Origin: Promethearchaeota archaeon
Lineage (GTDB): Archaea; Asgardarchaeota; Lokiarchaeia; Sigyniarchaeales; SOKP01
DNA length: 37,492 nucleotides
NCBI GenBank assembly: GCA_030599585.1
Contig: JAUVNS010000029.1
Coordinates: 1-37,492, forward strand
Direction: 5' to 3'
Shown: one piece after another, positions 8,838-21,402 of the stretch
Position numbering within the stretch: the stretch's first letter is position 1
Layout: every line of letters begins with the position of its first letter
Position numbers and translations under genes: made by a program
The notes under the pieces: model-generated
Told to the model about the DNA's origin: nothing
The model's input: only the letters and a program-made list of their open reading frames with translations
Databases searched by the model: none

Positions 8838-10178
8838 TTAAGAAGAAACATTCAAATTCTTAAACGTCATATAAGGAAAGAGAGTATTTTCAATAAATTC
8901 TCGTTCTTTTGAAATATACGCGCAATTCTTCACCATTTCAAGGACATTACCACTAACATTTCCGAGTTTAATTGGATTTTGGAACTCACCGTTTTTAATG
9001 TAATAACCACTTCTTATCTCCGCACCGAAGTTACCCGAAACCTCGTCTGGATTTAGCCACGAAAACTTGTCGATGTAATAACCTTCCTTTATATTAGATA
9101 CCATATCATTAAAAGATATGTCTCCGGGGAGTATTTTAAAATTACTTATCCCGTTAACAACCGTGCCACTTTCAGCCCGTTTTGCGTTTCCCGTTGATTT
9201 TTTCTCCTCCAACATTGCATACATTTGATCGTATAGTCTATTCTGAAAAACACCATTTTTTATAACTTCCGTTACTTGATGAGGATTACCCTCTGAGTCC
9301 CACGAATTAGAGCTCAGACCACCTTCTAACAATCCGTCATCAATAATAGTGATGTTTTCGCTAGCTACTACGTCCCCGATGTTGAATCGTGAAATTTTTT
9401 CGACATGGGCTTGACCAAGTGCATGAGTTCCAATAACGGGATTAATAGCCTCTTTTAAAACGCTTGGAGAAAAAATGACAAGGGCATTATCGGAGGGTTT
9501 AGGTTCTACTGCTTTAAGCGTGTCTTTAGCTCTTCTAGCCCAACTAGACACTCTCTCGTTTAAATTTAAGTGTTCTTTTTCTTTGTAATATCCGGAATCC
9601 CAGAACTCTGATAATTTACCATTTTCTTGAGCCTTCAAAGAAAACTCCATAAAAAAGTAGGTTTTTCTCGCATCTAATTTCAAATCATTGCTATTTCTCA
9701 AAAAACTATGATTGCTGTGAATCCTAAATCGCAAGAATGTAGGTAACACATCTTTTTGCTGATTCACCTCAGAGACGAGAACTTCTGCTAAATCCTTCTT
9801 AATCGTTAGAGGATCGCTTAATATGCTTTTGTCAGCCGTATTGATAGAGGAAATATTTACTTTTGATGGAAATTCGTACTTAGAACTTGAGTTTATTTTT
9901 GATAGTAACACACATGTTTCGATATTTTTCTCGATTTGGCTAGGCTCAAGGGAATTCCCTTTAACTACGCCTACACCTGTTTTATTTTCTTTTTGAGTAA
10001 GAATTCTTATAAAATATTCGTAATCACTTATCTCGCGCTCGTTCTCAGTCTTATCCTTTAAAAAGATAGTTTCAAAGATATTTTTTTCGACGAAGAATAT
10101 CTCAAATTCTTGGATTTTCTTCGATTTTAAAATAGCTTCAATTCTATCTAACCTTTCAATTGACATTTTTTCATTCAC
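8838..10178 (-). CDS. tldE: TldE/PmbA family metalloprotease partner subunit
   Basis: Overlaps the tldD stop; WDSEG, STGNAKR, ISNF.I.PG, SGNFG..G.YIKNGE..NPIK..VSGNVLEM; lacks HExxxH. Start may be ATG at 10166. Confidence 0.85.
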   Translation of the reverse strand: MNEKMSIERLDRIEAILKSKKIQEFEIFFVEKNIFETIFLKDKTENEREISDYEYFIRILTQKENKTGVGVVKGNSLEPSQIEKNIETCVLLSKINSSSKYEFPSKVNISSINTADKSILSDPLTIKKDLAEVLVSEVNQQKDVLPTFLRFRIHSNHSFLRNSNDLKLDARKTYFFMEFSLKAQENGKLSEFWDSGYYKEKEHLNLNERVSSWARRAKDTLKAVEPKPSDNALVIFSPSVLKEAINPVIGTHALGQAHVEKISRFNIGDVVASENITIIDDGLLEGGLSSNSWDSEGNPHQVTEVIKNGVFQNRLYDQMYAMLEEKKSTGNAKRAESGTVVNGISNFKILPGDISFNDMVSNIKEGYYIDKFSWLNPDEVSGNFGAEIRSGYYIKNGEFQNPIKLGNVSGNVLEMVKNCAYISKEREFIENTLFPYMTFKNLNVSS

Positions 10179-11566
10179 CCCGGACTCACCAATGTATTTT
10201 TAGCTCTAATATAACTACCTCCAGATGTAACGGGAACCATATCTTCACTACCTTTTCCACATGTTCCTCCATCTAGCCTCAAGGCATCCTTACTAACAGC
10301 ATCAATATTTTTTAGCATCTCAAGAACATCTCCACTTAAGGCGGTTGCTTTAAGAATCTTAGTTCTTTCTCCATTTTCAATAAGATAAGCTTTTTTTGAT
10401 GTGCATTGCATGCCTCCGCCAAGGGGATCCTCCATACCAAAATAACCATGAACTAGCATTACTCCTTCTTTAATTTCTGAGATCATTTCTTCCAGTTCAT
10501 AATCCCCAGAACCAAAATATGTATTAGTCATCCTCACATTGACAGGATGAGCAAAACTTTCTCGTCTACCGTTTCCTTGAGGTGTAGCATTTAGTTCTGA
10601 TGCTGTTCTTCTATCATATATAAAATTTTTTAATATCCCATCTTCAACTAGGATGTTGTGCCCAGCTTTTATTCCTTCGTCGTCGAAAAAGTATGATCCT
10701 AATTTCTTTTCTATAGAGGGAGTATCATAGATTGAACATATCTCAGACGCAACTTGCTTATTAAGGTATTGTTTCAAATAACTACGATCTCTGAGTATTT
10801 GATCTGCTTCCAAACCATGTCCAAAACTCTCATGCGCAATCAAACCGGTCATTTGTGGGTCTAAAATAATAGATTTCCTTCCTGCTGGTGGTAATACGGC
10901 TTTTAACATACCAAGCGAATTCTTAACTACTTGATCTAAAACTCCGTTTTCGAGTGAATCGAAAATCTCAAATCCCATTTCTCCTGATTTAACGAAGTAA
11001 TCATAATCTACTACAGATCCTTCTTTAGCAATAGGTACAATGAAAACACGAGTCCTTGGAATGACTTGCCTCAATTTGCATCCTTCGTTATTGACGAATA
11101 TTCGTTCAGTTAAAAGCTCTAAATACTTTATTCGGACATTTATAATTCTTTCGTCTGCATTTTTAACATAATTATAGATTTCTCTTACTTTTTTAATCTT
11201 TTCATCAATAGGGACATTAGTAGGATCAATCTTAGATTTTATTTCTTTATTTAAGTTCCAACCGTCGTGCTCAGCGATAAGGTTTCCTTTATTTGATACC
11301 TTAGGTATTTTTGTTTTAAGAATATTCAGATCTCCATTCGCTTCAATTGCTATTTCTTTCCACGAACCTAAAAAACTGCGGGCTACAACGCCAGATTTTT
11401 TAGTATTTACCGAAAAATTTTCAGCGGAGGGTGATTTTGCAATAATTGTTGATGAAATGGAATCATATAAGATGTCAAAGTATTGATCTCTTCGATTATA
11501 ATGGTTAGCTATCTCTTCAAAATCAGTAAAAATTTCGTCGTGTGATTTGTTACTCATAAAAACCAC
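10175..11566 (-). CDS. tldD: TldD family metalloprotease
   Basis: HESFGHGLEAD (HExxxH), FFDDEG, GNGRRES...VRMTNTY, CGKG..VPVTSGG. Likely start is ATG at 11557. Confidence 0.92.
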   Translation of the reverse strand: MVFMSNKSHDEIFTDFEEIANHYNRRDQYFDILYDSISSTIIAKSPSAENFSVNTKKSGVVARSFLGSWKEIAIEANGDLNILKTKIPKVSNKGNLIAEHDGWNLNKEIKSKIDPTNVPIDEKIKKVREIYNYVKNADERIINVRIKYLELLTERIFVNNEGCKLRQVIPRTRVFIVPIAKEGSVVDYDYFVKSGEMGFEIFDSLENGVLDQVVKNSLGMLKAVLPPAGRKSIILDPQMTGLIAHESFGHGLEADQILRDRSYLKQYLNKQVASEICSIYDTPSIEKKLGSYFFDDEGIKAGHNILVEDGILKNFIYDRRTASELNATPQGNGRRESFAHPVNVRMTNTYFGSGDYELEEMISEIKEGVMLVHGYFGMEDPLGGGMQCTSKKAYLIENGERTKILKATALSGDVLEMLKNIDAVSKDALRLDGGTCGKGSEDMVPVTSGGSYIRAKNTLVSPG

Positions 11567-11715
11567 TTTTTTTCAAATTTAAGTTAGAATTAAGATAATT
11601 TAATTTTAAAATATTTAGTGTAAAATAATACAACTAGAAATAAATAGCTTTAGAAGTTTTATTCTTTTAATTTAAAAGTACCTACTTAATAAATTCATCG
11701 CTCTACACCCTCTTT

Positions 11716-12639
11716 TTACACAGATTCTAAATCTCGAGATATATTAGTATCTATTGTTTCTTCTAAGTTCTCTGAATATTCTTCAATATTAGTTAACCTT
11801 TTTTCTAATATACTCATTGTCTCGATTAAGTTATTAATGGTATTTTGAATGTTTTTTACTCCGTTTTGAAGTTCGCCTATTTGGTCTAAGATGAAAGAAT
11901 TTACATCGGATTTTTTAACTGGCTCAACCAACCAAGAAAGGATGTTATGTAAAAACTTCTGATTATCTAGGGAATTAATACCTATATTGTCATCGCTACA
12001 AAAAATGTCTATATCGCCTAAAGCAATTACTTTTCCCTGCCCAAATTTAGCATAAGCTGCTATAACATGCAGTTGCTCCTTATCTTTTTCCCATTCTTCT
12101 GATGAATTATTGTAGATTTCTGACCAATTATTCAATTTACTGGTTTCTAAAAGAGCATTAGCTCCCTTTTTTAAGTATAAAGAGCAAGTTCCACCAATTG
12201 TTACTTCTCTTAATCCATTTAAAAAGTCAGTTTCTGGAAACTCGTGGATGTGTAAGATGCTTGAACAATTATGGTTTTTTGGGTTTTCTTCTTTTATGAG
12301 ATTCTTCTCAAATAAAAAACCAAAATGATTAGCAATATCATTAAGGTTTGTTTTTTGAAGGTAATCAGCTCCGTATTCACTTACAAGCAGTAAACTTCCT
12401 CCCAATCTAACGAAATTAACGATTTCTTTAATCTCGATGTTTGAGAAATAATCATCAATTGGATTACCTAGTATTAGCACATCTATATTTTCTAATACCT
12501 TTTTAGTTAAATCCTTATTTTCGTTTTTTTCAATTTTAAAATTTAGATTATGGAGAAGTTTTAAAAAGTCGGAAAAATCGTTGTCTAACGTGAGCATTTC
12601 GTTATGGTTTAAGTCAAATAAAATCGTTTTTCTCTGCAT
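11716..12639 (-). CDS. GIFT-domain (GldG/IFT52-like, DUF4350-like) protein with C-terminal coiled coil
   Basis: TILFDxxHNE, L..IDVLILGNP, FS..EI..I..FV..GGSLLLxxE.G..TNLN.I...FG, GKVIALGD..IF...N.KFL.NILSWL; heptad-like tail; no signal peptide or TM visible. Confidence 0.72.
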   Translation of the reverse strand: MQRKTILFDLNHNEMLTLDNDFSDFLKLLHNLNFKIEKNENKDLTKKVLENIDVLILGNPIDDYFSNIEIKEIVNFVRLGGSLLLVSEYGADYLQKTNLNDIANHFGFLFEKNLIKEENPKNHNCSSILHIHEFPETDFLNGLREVTIGGTCSLYLKKGANALLETSKLNNWSEIYNNSSEEWEKDKEQLHVIAAYAKFGQGKVIALGDIDIFCSDDNIGINSLDNQKFLHNILSWLVEPVKKSDVNSFILDQIGELQNGVKNIQNTINNLIETMSILEKRLTNIEEYSENLEETIDTNISRDLESV

Positions 12640-12822
12640 TTTTACTATAAAAAGATAAAAATACTGCTTTAAATATTATTCTAAAAATAATTCTTTTCAG
12701 AAAAATTTTATAAACTTTAAAGAATAATCCTTTTTGGATTATGTTTTTGATTGTAAAATCTAATAATAATCCCTTACTAAATTTTTAAAATGAGTAAGGT
12801 TAAGAAAATTAATGGATTGTGA

Positions 12823-14136
<1,314 letters not shown>

Positions 14137-14186
14137 TACAATATTTATTTTTTTTACTTTTTTAAAATCTTTATAGTTAAATTTTA

Positions 14187-14205
14187 CAGCATAACTATTA
14201 TGCTG
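14187..14205. promoter_or_regulatory. Perfect 8-3-8 palindrome, candidate operator of the DUF47-PiT operon
   Basis: CAGCATAA-CTA-TTATGCTG, about 100 nt upstream of the DUF47 start and downstream of purA's T-tract. Confidence 0.45.
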
Positions 14206-14306
14206 CAAACATATGTGAAGACATAAGCTTTTTTATAGAGCGAACAATAAATAGAATATAAAAAATATTAATTATTTCATAATAAGAAATTCATAAAATT
14301 TGGTAT

Positions 14307-14960
14307 GTGAATAAATTGAAATTGTTAAAAGAAAAGAAAAATGAACTGTATGAGGTTAACAAGGAATTTTTAGCCGAGACATTAAATGCCTCTGCTCTCT
14401 TACATGAAGCGCTCTCAACTTTTACAAATGACAAATTAAAAAAAGAATCCTTAAAAGGAGTCATTCAAGCAGAAAAAAGGTGTGATGAACTAAAAGATAA
14501 ATATACTCAAGTTCTTTACAGGGATAAAAGAGCCCTGCCTTTTTTAATTGAAGACAGGTTTAAAATTCTGATGATGGTAGATGCCGTAAACGATAAGATG
14601 GAGTTTTTTTCAAGATTTCTGGAAGTGTATCCTTTCAAGCTCTATAAGGAAATCAAAGACGAATTCAAAATATTATATAGCGCGTGCAGTCAAGCTGTCG
14701 AAGAGCTAGTGAATTGTGCGGTATTAATTGAGACTGATTTTGATGGTGCTTACAAGAAAACCTTTGAAATTGAAGAGAAAAAGAGAATAGCGCGCACGGC
14801 TAAGTTTAACTTGCTCGGAAAATTATACAAAATGAAAGACGATCCCACTAAAGTATACTTAACTTCAAAACTAGTCACTTATATGTATGATATTGTATCG
14901 TGGGCTGAAGAAACGTCAGATTATCTGAGAGGATTAATTATAAAATACCCAAGTAAATAG
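14307..14960 (+). CDS. DUF47 / PhoU-like phosphate transport regulator
   Basis: All-helical, two E..(C/A)D-type repeats (EKRCDELK; LPFLIEDR; AEETSD); immediately upstream of a PiT gene, the usual arrangement. Confidence 0.82.
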   Translation: MNKLKLLKEKKNELYEVNKEFLAETLNASALLHEALSTFTNDKLKKESLKGVIQAEKRCDELKDKYTQVLYRDKRALPFLIEDRFKILMMVDAVNDKMEFFSRFLEVYPFKLYKEIKDEFKILYSACSQAVEELVNCAVLIETDFDGAYKKTFEIEEKKRIARTAKFNLLGKLYKMKDDPTKVYLTSKLVTYMYDIVSWAEETSDYLRGLIIKYPSK

Positions 14961-14970
14961 AAATGGATGG

Positions 14971-15966
14971 ATGGGTAAAATGGCGTTAGAATACATCATA
15001 ATCATATTTTTAATCATAAGTGTGATCATTTCCTTTGGAATCGGTGCGAACGACGAAACGATGGCCCCTCTTTATGGATCACGAATTCTTAATATGAAAC
15101 AAATTCTCATCTTAGCAGCGATTTTTGCGATCGCTGGAGCATTGTTATTAGGGGAGGGTGTTTCTAAATCAGTCGGTGACAAGATCCTTTTATTAGATTA
15201 TGAAGCTAGTGGCATTAACCAGAATGCTGTTGTTATGACCATTTTGATTTCAACTGCCATTGTGTTGATATTATCTAGTGCTTTTGGGCTTCCAATTTCG
15301 TCAACTCACGCTACGATAGGGGGAATTATGGGACTAGGAATGTTATTAGGAGGTGGAGATGGTGTAAATTGGGGCACGATACTAGAAATGAGTATTTGGT
15401 GGTTAGCATCTCCGATAGTGGGCTATACAGTAACTTATGGCGTTGTTAAGATACTTAATAAACGTAAACTTAAGACCTTAAAAGGATTCCAAGACTTTGA
15501 AAGATCAGAGAATAAATATTCCTACATAATCTTAATTATAATATGTATTACAGCCTTCGCTAGAGCAGGAAATGATTGTTCTAACGCAGTGGGAATAGTG
15601 GTTGGAGTTGGAGACGAGATAAATCTAACATTATTATTAATCATGACTGGTTTTGGTTTGGCAGCTGGTGTAACGGTTTTAGGAAGAATCGTAATTAAAA
15701 GTTTAGGTAAGATGACGGAACTTCGACCGAGTACGGCATTTGCCGTGCAAGTACCCACGGCAGCTGTGATGCTTATTGGGACCATTCAGAAAATACCTCT
15801 TTCCGGTTCTCATTTGCTTGTAGCATCGTTAGTAGGACTTTCAAAAGCAAGCAAAACACCAATGAAAAAAGGATTATGGAAAATCATCGCAATTTGGTTA
15901 TTGACTTTTCCTATCGCCGCTATTCTCTCTATAATTCTATACTTTCCAATTAATCTTCTAATTTAA
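14971..15966 (+). CDS. pit: PiT family inorganic phosphate transporter
   Basis: GANDE and AGND signature repeats, GLPISSTHA, PLSGSH, about 10 TM helices. Confidence 0.9.
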   Translation: MGKMALEYIIIIFLIISVIISFGIGANDETMAPLYGSRILNMKQILILAAIFAIAGALLLGEGVSKSVGDKILLLDYEASGINQNAVVMTILISTAIVLILSSAFGLPISSTHATIGGIMGLGMLLGGGDGVNWGTILEMSIWWLASPIVGYTVTYGVVKILNKRKLKTLKGFQDFERSENKYSYIILIIICITAFARAGNDCSNAVGIVVGVGDEINLTLLLIMTGFGLAAGVTVLGRIVIKSLGKMTELRPSTAFAVQVPTAAVMLIGTIQKIPLSGSHLLVASLVGLSKASKTPMKKGLWKIIAIWLLTFPIAAILSIILYFPINLLI

Positions 15967-16089
15967 TTTATTTTTCTGAAGTGAATCTCAATAAAATTAA
16001 TCAAACCCCACGATCTTCAATTAGAAATTCCAAATAAGTATCGAAACTATTCGAGCTTCGGTCCGTACTTTATTCCTCTTTTTGGTAGA

Positions 16090-16683
16090 ATGTATTTCGG
16101 GAGAATCAAGACCATCATAAAGACAATTGCAGGGTTTAATAGAGACTTTTCGAAAATACTTGATATAGGTGGTGGACTGGGATTGTTTTCGATGAATTTC
16201 AAGCTAAATTTTCCTATGAGCAGCGTGATCATTTTGGATAAATCCTTGTATAAAGGAATAAAAGAAATTCTAACAAAATATCCTACTTTAAAAATAACTG
16301 ACTACGTTCAGGAGGATATTCAAGAAGAAACTTCTTTCGATTCTAATAGTTTTGATTTAATATTTGCTCTTGATATTTTGGAACATGTAGAAAATCCCTC
16401 AATTGCTATTGACGAAATTCTACGTATTCTGAAAGAAAATGGCTTTTTATTTATATCTGTTCCAACCGAGAGTATCTTGTTGACAATAGTAAGAAGGATG
16501 ATAGGAACGATTAAAAATATACAAGTCAACCCACACTGGTTGGGAAAAGTGAAATCTGAAAAAGGATTCTTTAAGATCTTACGTGAAAAAAACATTAACA
16601 TAATTTTCAAGAGAAGATATCCATTCAATATGCTTCCAAGGCTATTTTCTTACGATATTTTTTATTTAATTCAAAAACTCTGA
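16090..16683 (+). CDS. Class I SAM-dependent methyltransferase
   Basis: ILDIGGGLG, SFDLIFALDILEHV..P...EILRILK..G...ISVP. The frame stays open upstream to 15985, so the start may be earlier. Confidence 0.85.
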   Translation: MYFGRIKTIIKTIAGFNRDFSKILDIGGGLGLFSMNFKLNFPMSSVIILDKSLYKGIKEILTKYPTLKITDYVQEDIQEETSFDSNSFDLIFALDILEHVENPSIAIDEILRILKENGFLFISVPTESILLTIVRRMIGTIKNIQVNPHWLGKVKSEKGFFKILREKNINIIFKRRYPFNMLPRLFSYDIFYLIQKL

Positions 16684-16740
16684 TTTAAATCTCAACTACT
16701 CTTAATTAACATTTTAAATTAAAGGAAAAAACAGAAGACT

Positions 16741-17712
16741 ATGACAGAATTTAAATTTTTAGATTATGATGGAAAATCGCTCTTTACCAATTGTCTTGTA
16801 TATCAAAATGAGAAGAAAGTGCAAATCCATTTGCTACCCGTAATTCACATCGGTAACACCCCATATTATTCTGAACTACAAAATTATATTCAGGACCGTA
16901 TCTGTTTATTTGAGAAGCTCAATCTCATTACTTCCGATGTTGATTTAAAGAAATCTGTATCGAGCCTCGATGATTATTTAGAACTATCTGCTCAAGGAAT
17001 AGAAGAATTCTGGGATCGGTATAAAAAACTTTTAAAAAAATATTACAAAAAATTCCTCACCGGAGATATAAAATCACTCTGGAAAATGGTTAAAAAAGAA
17101 TTTAAAAATGTGAATGATGAAAGTCGCACAATTTATGATAATTGTGTCAAATCAGGTTTTGGAATTCAAAATTTATGTCCAATACAGCTATACTTATGCA
17201 AAATCATGAATTTAGACCACCAGATGATTGCAATTGATTATGTAAACGATATTCCTCAACGTACTAACTGGATACATACAGATTTAGATTTAGCCAAGAT
17301 TACAGAAAATGTGAATCTCAACGATCTAATGGAAGAAATTTTAATTGATCCTTCCCCGGAAATACTAGAAGTTACCCTGCAACAGATAAGATTTGTTTTA
17401 CTAAACATCCTCGTGATGAGGCGTTTTAAGAAGAGTCCCGAAGCGTCCAAAAGAAGGGAACTTTTAGCAGACGACTTAATTCAAGGTTTAACTCAAGAAT
17501 TCAAGGAAGTTATCAAAAACACACCAGATTATTTAATAGATAATAGAAATTCATTAGTCGAAGATAAAATTTTGAATTTAATCAGAGATCATGAGGAAAT
17601 CGTCGTTTTTTATGGTCTTGCTCACATGAGGGCACTAGAAGGGTTTTTACTTAAACAAGGTTTTAATCTTATAAGCAAACAGAGCTTTAAGGTGTTTAAA
17701 ATTGAAGATTAA
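16741..17712 (+). CDS. Uncharacterised protein, TraB/GumN-like metal-binding motifs
   Basis: LLPVIHIG..YY, LFE, RN.., IVVFYGLAHM..L...L.KQGF resemble the TraB/GumN motif set; family call tentative. Confidence 0.55.
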   Translation: MTEFKFLDYDGKSLFTNCLVYQNEKKVQIHLLPVIHIGNTPYYSELQNYIQDRICLFEKLNLITSDVDLKKSVSSLDDYLELSAQGIEEFWDRYKKLLKKYYKKFLTGDIKSLWKMVKKEFKNVNDESRTIYDNCVKSGFGIQNLCPIQLYLCKIMNLDHQMIAIDYVNDIPQRTNWIHTDLDLAKITENVNLNDLMEEILIDPSPEILEVTLQQIRFVLLNILVMRRFKKSPEASKRRELLADDLIQGLTQEFKEVIKNTPDYLIDNRNSLVEDKILNLIRDHEEIVVFYGLAHMRALEGFLLKQGFNLISKQSFKVFKIED

Positions 17713-17765
17713 AAAAATTAGATTGAGCTTTTTTAATTCCTTCCATAATAAGGAAAATATGGTTT

Positions 17766-19232
<1,467 letters not shown>

Positions 19233-19331
19233 TCAACTAAAAACAAGGGTTTCTTATTCCTTTCGGGCATGGAAAATCAAACTAAGGGAACTTTTTGGGT
19301 TTTTAGTGGAAATTTAAAGCACAGAAATAAA

Positions 19332-20156
19332 TTAATCGTTTTTTTTATGAGCTTTTATGGAAAAAATCATTGGTACTGAATGTTTAAACGTTTGAAATTC
19401 CCAATAATTATCTTCTCTTTGTTTCATATCCGGATGGATTTGAAAGAAGCTGAACGGAAACTCGTGAAGAAATTCTAATTCCAGCCCAACTTTCAACAAT
19501 GAATTAATAACGTGCTCCATAGGATGAAACCAATCGTACGTTTCAAAATTTTGTAATTTAATATTAGGATCGGCGTATGCACCCTCATCTTCATCAAAAT
19601 GATAAGGTTTTCCTTCGTTAAAATAATCGTAGCCAACTTGAAAAGCTCCTTCGTATTTTTCATCGATTAAATTACCAAAGGGGTGGTTTTCAACAATATA
19701 GAAGGTTCCTCCCGGTTTCAAGCAGTAATTTATAATTTCAGCCCATTTAAATAAATCGGGCAACCAGCCGATAACACCATTAGATGTGAAGACAATATCA
19801 AACTTATCCTCTAAAATATCTGGGATATCGTAAATATTGGCATTAATAAAGGTAGCAGGGAGATCTAATTCTTCGCTTAACTGCCGTGCAAGAGCTATAG
19901 CTTCATCTGAGAAATCTACACCAGTGACATTCGCCCCCATTCGCGCAAAAGAAAGCGTGTCCATACCAAAATGACATTGCAAATGTAATAATGTTTTACC
20001 TTCTACATTTCCTATTTCTTTGAGCTCAATTGGAAAAAGCGAAGATTTTCCGGATTTAAATCCATCTAAGTTATAGAATTTAGATTTCGCATTAACCGCA
20101 ACTAATTCGTTCCATCTTCTTAAATTTGTTTTGAAGTATTCCTCGTTATGTTTCAA
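19332..20156 (-). CDS. Class I SAM-dependent methyltransferase
   Basis: LLHLQCHFGMDTLS..RMGA.VTGVDFS, FDIVFTS.G...WLPDL..W.....LKPGG.FY..E.HP. Confidence 0.9.
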   Translation of the reverse strand: MKHNEEYFKTNLRRWNELVAVNAKSKFYNLDGFKSGKSSLFPIELKEIGNVEGKTLLHLQCHFGMDTLSFARMGANVTGVDFSDEAIALARQLSEELDLPATFINANIYDIPDILEDKFDIVFTSNGVIGWLPDLFKWAEIINYCLKPGGTFYIVENHPFGNLIDEKYEGAFQVGYDYFNEGKPYHFDEDEGAYADPNIKLQNFETYDWFHPMEHVINSLLKVGLELEFLHEFPFSFFQIHPDMKQREDNYWEFQTFKHSVPMIFSIKAHKKND

Positions 20157-20184
20157 ATAAAATCACTTATTGATGCCTGTAAAT

Positions 20185-20613
20185 TTAAAATTCTTTGCTC
20201 TGTAATTCGTCTTTTGAATTTGTTTCTCCGATTAACACGCTATTTTTCAGATTCAGATTTTTAAATTTAAATGAGCTATCCTTAGCAACGACGCAATTTT
20301 CCAGTTTAAAGTTTTCTCCTATAATAACATTTTCAAAGATGATTGTGTTTGACATTTCGACGTAATCTTGAATCTCAGAATTTGCACCTATGTATACATT
20401 CGGTCCTAAAAGAACATCGTCTCCAATTTTTACATTATCTTCTAAATAAACGGGTTCTATAAAAGTTGGATAATCTCCTACGAATTTTTCATGGCGGTTA
20501 CCTAATTTTGAAAAGAGCTTTTGCACCAATTCTTTTATATCTGATTTTTCAATACTATCAAAATTCCCAATAATTTCTTCAATCTTGATTAATTCTTCTT
20601 CCATAATATTCAC
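20185..20613 (-). CDS. Stand-alone left-handed beta-helix (hexapeptide repeat) protein
   Basis: IEPVYLEDNVKIGDDVLLGPNVYIGANSEI... repeats resemble the C-terminal LbH of NDP-sugar pyrophosphorylases; no catalytic nucleotidyltransferase domain. Confidence 0.75.
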   Translation of the reverse strand: MNIMEEELIKIEEIIGNFDSIEKSDIKELVQKLFSKLGNRHEKFVGDYPTFIEPVYLEDNVKIGDDVLLGPNVYIGANSEIQDYVEMSNTIIFENVIIGENFKLENCVVAKDSSFKFKNLNLKNSVLIGETNSKDELQSKEF

Positions 20614-20623
20614 TATTAGTAGT

Positions 20624-21340
20624 TTATAATCTCATTAAATTCATTAATTTTTCAATATTCTGCCCAGTTTTTGCACTTGTAGTAATTACTTCTATTTTAG
20701 GGTTGATTTTTTTTGCGTCAGAGATCATTTTATCGACATTAGTTCCAAGGCGTTCCTTTAAATCGATTTTATTAATGACCGCAATATCTGACATTTTAAA
20801 TAGCATTGGATGTTTTTCAACAACCCATTCACCCTCAGTTGTTGATACAACAATTAACCTCATATCAGTTCCTAAAGTAAATTCAGATGGGCATATTAAA
20901 TTGCCTACATTTTCGATAAAAACAAGATCGTAATTATTTAAATCTTTATTTTTGATTATTTGGTGAATATGATAAGCATTTAAGGCGCATTCTCGACCAG
21001 TATTAATCTGAACTGTTTCTGCTTTATGTTTTTCAATACGATCAGCGTCCACTCGAGTAGTAATATCTCCACAAATTACCAATATTCGGTATTGTGATGA
21101 TAATCTCTCGGTTATCCTTTCTAATAAAGCTGTTTTGCCTGCTCCGATAGCCCCTACAATATCAAAAGATTTTATGTTGTTTTCTTTAAATTTTTGATGT
21201 ATTCTATTAGCTAACAATTCGTTGTCTTTCTCAACTGCTTTTTTAGTCTCGATAACTTCGTCTCTTATCTCTTCTCGAGCTAAATTAATGCTTTCTACTT
21301 CTTTAATTCGCTCAATTTCTTTTTCTTTGTCTATTGGCAT
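20624..21340 (-). CDS. hypB: Hydrogenase nickel-incorporation GTPase HypB
   Basis: GAIGAGKTALLE, GD..T..DA.RI, QINTG.EC, FIENVGNLICP, STTEG...KHP.LF, INKIDL, SAKTG. Confidence 0.9.
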   Translation of the reverse strand: MPIDKEKEIERIKEVESINLAREEIRDEVIETKKAVEKDNELLANRIHQKFKENNIKSFDIVGAIGAGKTALLERITERLSSQYRILVICGDITTRVDADRIEKHKAETVQINTGRECALNAYHIHQIIKNKDLNNYDLVFIENVGNLICPSEFTLGTDMRLIVVSTTEGEWVVEKHPMLFKMSDIAVINKIDLKERLGTNVDKMISDAKKINPKIEVITTSAKTGQNIEKLMNLMRL

Positions 21341-21402
21341 CGTATTTTATTTTTTACTTTTGAATAAAAATATGAAAATTATGTTATTTTTCCTATGTCT
21401 CC

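Noticed and set aside
8838-11566. tldD/tldE as part of a RiPP cluster
   Set aside because: No precursor peptide, YcaO or radical SAM gene adjacent; TldDE pairs are common housekeeping genes in archaea.
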